Shown here piece after piece: positions 58,048 to 64,000 of a stretch of 64,000 nucleotides of DNA. The DNA comes from Candidatus Saccharimonadota bacterium (GTDB lineage Bacteria > Patescibacteriota > Saccharimonadia > UBA4664): NCBI GenBank assembly GCA_019352195.1, contig JACAFG010000003.1:64956-128955 (forward strand). The letters are read 5' to 3'. The first letter of the stretch is position 1. Every line of letters begins with the position of its first letter. The translations under genes and the position numbers were made by a program. A model generated the notes under the pieces. The model did not search any database and was not told where the DNA came from. It worked only from the letters and a program-made list of their open reading frames with translations.

Positions 58048-59865
58048 ATGAAAACTATGTCGACATTTATCCATTCTTTTCGTCTCATTACGAGCAATTT
58101 TGGCCGAGTACTCAAGATGGCGTGGCAGGTATCGCCATGGATGTACATTGTCCAGTTTCTCATTCAAGCCATTACCGGACTCATTCCGCTGTTAACCGCG
58201 TTCTTAGCGGGTGCGGTTGTAAACAGCTTGGCGAAAGCTTTAGCTGAGCACAATTCTAACCTTACGCCGCTTTACTGGCTGGTTGGTGGTTTGGCGCTAG
58301 CGCAGCTCGTATTGAACCAGCTGGCTTATCTCGACTCATACCTTGATAGTATTTATGCGCTCAAATTTGACGGTTTCATTTGGGAAAATTTGTTGCACCA
58401 ATATACCCGACTCGACCAGACATATTATGATGACGCGGCCTTCAATGACAAATTTAATAAGATTGTTCAGAACGCCTTTGCAATGAGGAATCTATCGAGC
58501 CAATCTCAAAATCTATTTGGAAGCACGGTCCAACTGATTGCTGCCGCGGCAGCTTTGTGGACGCTGTCGCCGTGGCTTGTGCCGGTTATTTTGATTACCC
58601 TTGCGCCGGTGATGATTATTGAAGCGACAGCCAATGTTCGGCAATGGCACTATTACGATCGAAACGGCGAAGATTTCCGCATGCAGGTCTATCTACGTAA
58701 TTCGCTAACAGATAATACTAAAATTCGAGAGATTAAGCTTTACGGCATTAGCGGGTGGCTTACCGATCGATGGCGCAAACATTTCGAAATTGCGCGACGA
58801 GGCCAGGCCGAGATCCGCCAAAAAGCGCAGCGCCAGCTGGGAGTTGCCGGTATTCTGGACGCCGGCGTACAACTAGGTATCCAAATTTGGCTCATCAACC
58901 TCGTGGTTAGCCGAGGACTCGCAGGCATTGGGCAGTTTGTGTTTTATCGCCAGGTAGTCCAAAACTTCGCGTCGGCTGGCGCTGCGGCCACACGAATGCT
59001 GCAGCTGATGCAGGCAAATTCACTGTATGTGGACGATTATTTTGACTTCATGTCCCTGGAGCCTCGTCTGGTGCAGCCGATTTCTCCCCGATCGATCCAG
59101 GCGCAAGGGGCGCCGACGGTTGTGTTCGAGAATGTGTCGTTTAAGTACCCCAATGCCAAGCAGTGGGCACTGCGTCATCTAAGCTTGGAGGTCACGCCTG
59201 GTGAGGACGTAGCGCTGATCGGTGAGAACGGCGCTGGTAAAACCACATTCGTCAAACTGCTCATGCGACTCTACGACCCAACTGAGGGACGAATCCTAAT
59301 TGATGGGGTCGATATTCGAGAGATCGATTTGGAAGATTGGAATAGCCGTATCGGCGTTCTTTTTCAAGATTTTAATAAGTATGGACCGTTAACTCTCGGT
59401 GAGAATATCCAAACGGGTAAGGTTTCGCGTCCAGCAGTGCCGGCCGAACTCGATAAGGCGGTTGAGCAGGCTGGGGGTGACAACTTCCGTTCTGGCCTTG
59501 CTAATGGCCTCGACCAAATCTTAACTAATGCCTTCAAAGGAGGCGTCGACCTCAGCGGCGGCCAATGGCAGCGGGTAGCGTTGGCGCGGGCGTTTTACCG
59601 TGACGCGCCCATTTTGGTGCTCGACGAACCGACTTCGGCCATTGATGCTAAAGGCGAATATGAGATTTTTCAGCAGATTAAGCGGGTGCAAGCCAGTAAA
59701 ACCACGATTATCATTTCGCACCGGTTTAGTACCGTCCGTAACGCTCATCGCATCATTGTGCTTGAAAAAGGTCGGGTAACTGAATCGGGCAGCCACGACG
59801 AGTTGATGAAGCTAGCTGGCCGCTACCGCGAATTGTTCGAGCTGCAGGCCGCAGGTTACCGATAA
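58048..59865 (+). CDS. ABC exporter, fused permease-ATPase (MsbA/multidrug-type)
   Basis: 6-TM N-terminal domain. Walker A GENGAGKTT, LSGGQWQRVALARA, Walker B LVLDEPTSA. Confidence 0.85.
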   Translation: MKTMSTFIHSFRLITSNFGRVLKMAWQVSPWMYIVQFLIQAITGLIPLLTAFLAGAVVNSLAKALAEHNSNLTPLYWLVGGLALAQLVLNQLAYLDSYLDSIYALKFDGFIWENLLHQYTRLDQTYYDDAAFNDKFNKIVQNAFAMRNLSSQSQNLFGSTVQLIAAAAALWTLSPWLVPVILITLAPVMIIEATANVRQWHYYDRNGEDFRMQVYLRNSLTDNTKIREIKLYGISGWLTDRWRKHFEIARRGQAEIRQKAQRQLGVAGILDAGVQLGIQIWLINLVVSRGLAGIGQFVFYRQVVQNFASAGAAATRMLQLMQANSLYVDDYFDFMSLEPRLVQPISPRSIQAQGAPTVVFENVSFKYPNAKQWALRHLSLEVTPGEDVALIGENGAGKTTFVKLLMRLYDPTEGRILIDGVDIREIDLEDWNSRIGVLFQDFNKYGPLTLGENIQTGKVSRPAVPAELDKAVEQAGGDNFRSGLANGLDQILTNAFKGGVDLSGGQWQRVALARAFYRDAPILVLDEPTSAIDAKGEYEIFQQIKRVQASKTTIIISHRFSTVRNAHRIIVLEKGRVTESGSHDELMKLAGRYRELFELQAAGYR

Positions 59866-60479
59866 TGACGGCGGCTGATGTGAAGCAGGCTGAAGAAGCT
59901 TTAATAGAGCTTGACCCCAAGCTGGGGGAGGTCATAATTCGTCAGCGGCCGTTAGCACCCCGCGATCGCGGCGGTTATTTTGAATCGCTATGTCGATCCA
60001 TTATTGGTCAGCAAGTGTCAGTGGCGTCGGCCAGCGCCATTTACGGCCGCTTGGCGGTGGTGACAAGTCTCGACCCCATCAACGTTGCAGCGTTGGATGA
60101 GGCGGCAATGAAAACCATCGGCTTGTCGCGGCAAAAACTCAGCTACTTAGTTGATTTAGCCGTCCATTTTGTAGACCAACCCGATATCTATGATCATCTT
60201 GAAACAAGCGGCGATGACGAGGCGATAGACGAGCTCACGGCCATCAAAGGCATTGGCGTGTGGACGGCGCAAATGTTTCTCATGTTTACGCTGGGACGAG
60301 CGGACGTGTTTGCACCCGACGATGTTGGGCTGCAAAACGCCATGAAGCGCCTGTACGGCTGGGAAGTGCTGCCCAAAAAGGCGGAACTCACTGAGTTTGC
60401 GTTACGTTGGGCGCCGCATCGCACCACCGCGAGCTTGCATTTATGGGCCTCGCTCAACAACGCGCCAAATATTACTTGA
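59865..60479 (+). CDS. DNA-3-methyladenine glycosylase II-like (HhH-GPD family)
   Basis: HhH IKGIGVWTAQMF plus a catalytic Asp (APDDVGL). Confidence 0.8.
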   Translation: MTAADVKQAEEALIELDPKLGEVIIRQRPLAPRDRGGYFESLCRSIIGQQVSVASASAIYGRLAVVTSLDPINVAALDEAAMKTIGLSRQKLSYLVDLAVHFVDQPDIYDHLETSGDDEAIDELTAIKGIGVWTAQMFLMFTLGRADVFAPDDVGLQNAMKRLYGWEVLPKKAELTEFALRWAPHRTTASLHLWASLNNAPNIT

Positions 60480-61026
60480 CTTTATAGCATAACTAGTATA
60501 CAATGTAGTAATCACCTTGGAAAGCCAAGATCAGCCAGAAAAAGAAAGTCTGGAAGCTGACCCTAAGGGGCATCGTTCCTCCTGGTCATCCGGACCCGAT
60601 TTCGGCTTCCGAGGAGGCCGGCGATCCGCCCAACGATGTCGACGGCGAAGACTTCTGTTGGGACGCCCCGCCTATGGCCATGTTGTCCGGTCATCCCGGT
60701 GAGACCGGCGATGCCCGGTCACACGTAGAGCCCGACGCCAAGTTCTCCGAAGGCCCGTGGGGACGTCCGGGCGAATACGCTGATCCTGTGACGTACGCAC
60801 GCCTCAACCGTCTCCCGACGCCGGCTTCAGAGACGTCTGCCACTACCCACCAAGGTCCCGCTGACCGCGACCCCAACCCCTACGTCCCGGGCCCAGGCCC
60901 GAGATCGCACCGTGCGGGTTCAACCCCGCAGAACTGCTAGTCCTTGCTCGACCCGACCGTCACTGCCAGTGGCGGTCGGGGCACTACCCTAGTTTCCAAC
61001 TTCGTTGGAGATTGAGATGGTGATTA

Positions 61027-61059
61027 CAAAAAACTCTCCTGTTGGAGAGTTTTTTGTTT
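61027..61059. terminator. Bidirectional terminator CAAAAAACTCTCC-tgtt-GGAGAGTTTTTTG
   Basis: Perfect 12-bp stem with an A-tract and a T-tract, 14 nt 3' of clpC. Confidence 0.8.
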
Positions 61060-61072
61060 GGGCCTGGGGTGT

Positions 61073-63586
61073 TTATTCCGTGATCGTCTCGACTTCGTCA
61101 GCTAAGGCTTTGGTACGTTTGCCGGCTGTAAGCACGAGCTCGTCCCCTCGGCGCGTTAGGTTGATATTATCGCCTTCGGTAAAGCGGCCATCGAGCAGAC
61201 CCATTGCCAAAGGATCTTCAATGAGATCTTGGACCGCGCGACGCATCGGCCTGGCACCTTGTTCGACGTCATAACCACGCTCCATCAGCAAAGCTTTGGC
61301 AGTAGCACTGACCTTGAGCTTGAGCGACTGCTCGGCAATACGCTTGGCCAGTTCGGCCAGCTGCAAATTGAGTACTTTCTTGATGTCGTTTTGGCTGAGA
61401 GATTTGAACACCACAATGTTGTCGATACGATTGAGGAACTCGGGACGGAAGCTCTTTTTAAGCTCGCCGAGGACTTTCTCTTTCACGCGAATATGCGTGG
61501 CATCAAGCTGCTTCTCTTCGGCCGGGGTTTCGGTTTTGAAGCCAATGGTTGCCTCACGGTGCATTTCGGAGGCGCCAACGTTGCTGGTCATAATGACGAC
61601 CGTGTTGGTGAAGTCGACTTTGCGGCCTTTGGCATCGGTAACCTGACCATCCTCGAGAATTTGCAGGAGCATATTGAAGACGTCCGGGTGAGCTTTTTCT
61701 ATTTCATCGAACAATATGAGACTAAAAGGCTTGCGGCGTACTTGTTCGGTGAGCTGACCGCCATCGTCATAACCAACGTAGCCGGCGGGTGCGCCCACGA
61801 GCCTAGCCACATTGTGCTTTTCCATAAACTCCGACATGTCGATTTTGATGATCGCGTCGCGATTGTGGAACAACTCTTCGGCGAGTTGTCGCGCGAGCTC
61901 GGTCTTACCAACACCAGTTGGGCCCAAGAAGATAAATGAACCTATGGGGCGTCTAGAGTCAGAGATACCGGTGCGAGAGCGGCGAATCGAGCGAGCAATG
62001 ACTTCCACAGCCTCATCTTGACCAACCACATGGTATTTCAGTGAATCGGCTAATTTGAGCAGGCTTTCGACGTCGGTTTTGACCAGACGGTTAAGCGGAA
62101 TACCCGTCATAAGCGCGACGACGCTAGCAATATCTTCGGCACCAATTTTGACTGAACTATCTTCGCCGGCCTTGAGCTTGAGCTGACTGAGGCGGTTGGC
62201 AATAACGCTTTCGCGGGTTTTGAGGCGCGCGGCCAGCTCAAAGTCTTGATCGAATACGGCGTTTTCGATGTCGTCGCGAATTTCGGTGAGCTGCTTTTGC
62301 AAACCACGAGCCGGCTTGGGGCTGCCGCCGCGCTTAATGCGAGCCAGCGAAGCTGCTTCGTCAACCAGGTCGATGGCTTTATCAGGCAAGAAGCGGTCGG
62401 CCACATAGCGTTTAGCAAGTTTAGCCGCGGCCTCAATGGCCTCATCGGTGATTTCGACGTGGTGGTGCTCTTCGTACTTGGGCCGTAAACCTTGCAGTAC
62501 TTCGATCGTTTCTTCAACGGTAGCTTCGGGAACCTGAATGGGTTGGAATCGACGCTCCAAGGCGGCATCTTTTTCGATGTGCTTGCGATACTCTTCGAGC
62601 GTAGTGGCGCCGACTACTTGGATTTCACCGCGGCCGAGAGCCGGCTTTAAGATGTTGGCAGCGTCGATGGCGCCTTCGGCAGCACCCGCGCCAACTACGG
62701 TGTGGAGCTCATCGATAAAGAGAATAACGTCGGGCGAAGCTTTGGCCTCATCGAGAATCTTTTTGAGGCGCTCTTCGAACTCTCCGCGATACTTGGTGCC
62801 CGCGATAACCGAGGCTAAATCAAGCATCACCAGACGCTTGTTGTGCAAGGTTTCCGGAACATCATCGCCAGCAATTTTTTGTGCGAGGCCTTCGGCGACG
62901 GCGGTTTTACCAACGCCCGGCTCACCAATGAGAACGGGGTTATTCTTGGTACGGCGACCCAAAATTGAGATGACGCGGCCAATTTGAATCTCGCGGCCAA
63001 CTACCGGGTCCAACTGGTCGGCGCGAGCCTTGGCAGTGAGATCGATACCAAAATGATCGAGTGCGGGAGTTTTACTTTTGCCGCCATTCTTGGTGCGGGT
63101 GGCCGTAGCGGTGCGCTCATCATCGGCATAAAAGTACTGCTGGTTCGATAAATAGTTTTCAAGCTCGGTGCGAATAGCGACCGGGTCGACCTGTAAATCG
63201 TTTTTAAGCAGGCTGATGGCGCGGGCACTCTTTTCGCTTAAAATTGCATACAAAATGTGCTCGGTGCCACAATAGGGCTGACCAAACTCTTTCGCTACCC
63301 GCATCGAGTAAGTGAGCGTACGCTTGGCGGTTTCGGAGGCACCCTTGTATGAACCGGAGCCAAGTTGCTGACTAAAGCTTAAGACGAGTTGCGCTTTTTC
63401 AAACGTCACACCGGCGCTGGCGAGCATTTTGGCGCCAATGGAACCGTCCTGCTGCAACACGCCTAGCAGTATATGCTCGGTGCCAACATAGCTCGAGCCC
63501 ATTTGGCTAGCGATAGTTTCCGCATTCTCAAGGCTTTTGCGAGCGTTATCAGTGAACCGATCAAATTGTGAATTTAAATCTGCCAA
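61073..63586 (-). CDS. clpC: ATP-dependent Clp protease ATPase subunit ClpC (Clp-N repeats + two AAA+ modules)
   Basis: Walker A motifs GEPGVGKT and GPTGVGKT. 837 aa. TTG start after AGGGGA. Confidence 0.92.
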   Translation of the reverse strand: MADLNSQFDRFTDNARKSLENAETIASQMGSSYVGTEHILLGVLQQDGSIGAKMLASAGVTFEKAQLVLSFSQQLGSGSYKGASETAKRTLTYSMRVAKEFGQPYCGTEHILYAILSEKSARAISLLKNDLQVDPVAIRTELENYLSNQQYFYADDERTATATRTKNGGKSKTPALDHFGIDLTAKARADQLDPVVGREIQIGRVISILGRRTKNNPVLIGEPGVGKTAVAEGLAQKIAGDDVPETLHNKRLVMLDLASVIAGTKYRGEFEERLKKILDEAKASPDVILFIDELHTVVGAGAAEGAIDAANILKPALGRGEIQVVGATTLEEYRKHIEKDAALERRFQPIQVPEATVEETIEVLQGLRPKYEEHHHVEITDEAIEAAAKLAKRYVADRFLPDKAIDLVDEAASLARIKRGGSPKPARGLQKQLTEIRDDIENAVFDQDFELAARLKTRESVIANRLSQLKLKAGEDSSVKIGAEDIASVVALMTGIPLNRLVKTDVESLLKLADSLKYHVVGQDEAVEVIARSIRRSRTGISDSRRPIGSFIFLGPTGVGKTELARQLAEELFHNRDAIIKIDMSEFMEKHNVARLVGAPAGYVGYDDGGQLTEQVRRKPFSLILFDEIEKAHPDVFNMLLQILEDGQVTDAKGRKVDFTNTVVIMTSNVGASEMHREATIGFKTETPAEEKQLDATHIRVKEKVLGELKKSFRPEFLNRIDNIVVFKSLSQNDIKKVLNLQLAELAKRIAEQSLKLKVSATAKALLMERGYDVEQGARPMRRAVQDLIEDPLAMGLLDGRFTEGDNINLTRRGDELVLTAGKRTKALADEVETITE

Positions 63587-63677
63587 AGTGTCCCCTGCCT
63601 TCCTACTTCAATAATCCCATATCGGCGGCTCAGGTTCTAGGTGAAATCTGTAATAAGCCGCGCCGAGAACTAAACTA

Positions 63678-63717
63678 AGTATAGCACTTCTGGCACTCGG
63701 ATCAAGTGAGTGCTAAT
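63678..63717 (-). promoter_or_regulatory. clpC promoter (-35 TTGATC, 17-nt spacer, -10 TATACT) overlapping a CIRCE-like element cTgGCACTC-N9-GAGTGCTAA
   Basis: Right arm 9/9 and left arm 7/9 to the CIRCE consensus (63690-63717). Hexamers lie on the minus strand at 63701-63706 and 63678-63683. Confidence 0.55.
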
Positions 63718-63889
63718 TATTGTCTTCGCCAGAGAATCTTACCGATTGCGGTGTCATCGAACCGATAGGTAAACCCGGGCTCAAGCATATTGTTGCACTT
63801 ATGGTTGATGATAAAGGACAAGTGCTAACTCGAGGGGATCGACCAAACAAAAACCCCGCCGGAGCGGAGATTTTTGCAACCTGATGAAA

Positions 63890-64000
63890 TTATTTGGCGG
63901 GCTCTTCAGCGTCGCCTTCGGGCTCTTTACCGCTAAGCGCATCGGTCTGGCCGTCAGTGGCCTGCTCGTCCATTGAAGGATCAATACCTTCGGCGGGATC
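63890..64000 (-). CDS. Partial CDS (C-terminal about 36 codons, acidic tail ...GKEPEGDAEEPAK); 5' part outside the window
   Basis: Open to the window edge on the minus strand. Followed by a small hairpin plus T-run (63843-63875). Confidence 0.35.
   Translation of the reverse strand, partial: DPAEGIDPSMDEQATDGQTDALSGKEPEGDAEEPAK

Noticed and set aside
61229-61939. 236-aa + ORF
   Set aside because: Antisense to clpC.

Overview
This 64-kb window is a bacterial chromosomal segment of roughly 55-60% GC with Gram-positive/Terrabacteria-type synteny; no closer taxon can be assigned from the sequence alone. It carries a core housekeeping backbone interrupted by a low-GC (~45%) integrated island.

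Backbone genes:
- Left part: a partial Mur ligase, an ABC-F ATPase, rpoB-rpoC-rpsL-rpsG (with no fusA-tuf following), tig, a HAD-like gene, clpP, and tRNA-Asp plus an Arg-like tRNA.
- Right part: rsmD, recG, tyrS, PBP1A, PIN/TRAM yacL, radA, an ABC exporter, alkA-like and clpC.

The island (about 32.1-46.7 kb) sits at a tRNA-Leu(TAG) gene. The 3' end of that tRNA is overlapped by the stop region of a large serine recombinase. The island carries:
- a second tyrosine integrase with an excisionase;
- two XRE regulators;
- Phd/Doc and MazEF toxin-antitoxin pairs;
- a PD-(D/E)xK nuclease gene flanked by 27-bp direct repeats;
- an m5C restriction-modification (R-M) pair;
- several tightly packed operons of unknown function.
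This is a defense-island-like context.

Upstream of the island lies a long, translationally coupled minus-strand operon (21.3-28.9 kb). It encodes a pilin-like small protein, a VirB6-like polytopic protein, large membrane proteins and proteins with a degenerate ParA/MinD-type Walker A motif. It ends in a three-domain peptidoglycan hydrolase (GH3 + lysozyme-like + NlpC/P60), followed by an array of three paralogous small ORFs. No canonical ATPase is present. I regard this operon as the best candidate for an undescribed envelope-spanning system. The XRE-led 3-gene operon at 34.5-37.4 kb is the best candidate for a novel defense module.

Regulatory signals seen directly:
- a perfect CIRCE (HrcA operator) upstream of clpP, and a CIRCE-like element overlapping the clpC promoter;
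- several rho-independent terminators;
- palindromic operators upstream of both toxin-antitoxin operons;
- a consensus sigma70 promoter plus terminator bracketing a candidate ~200-nt sRNA at 3.4-3.6 kb.

All functional calls are from motif recognition by eye. No database search was run.
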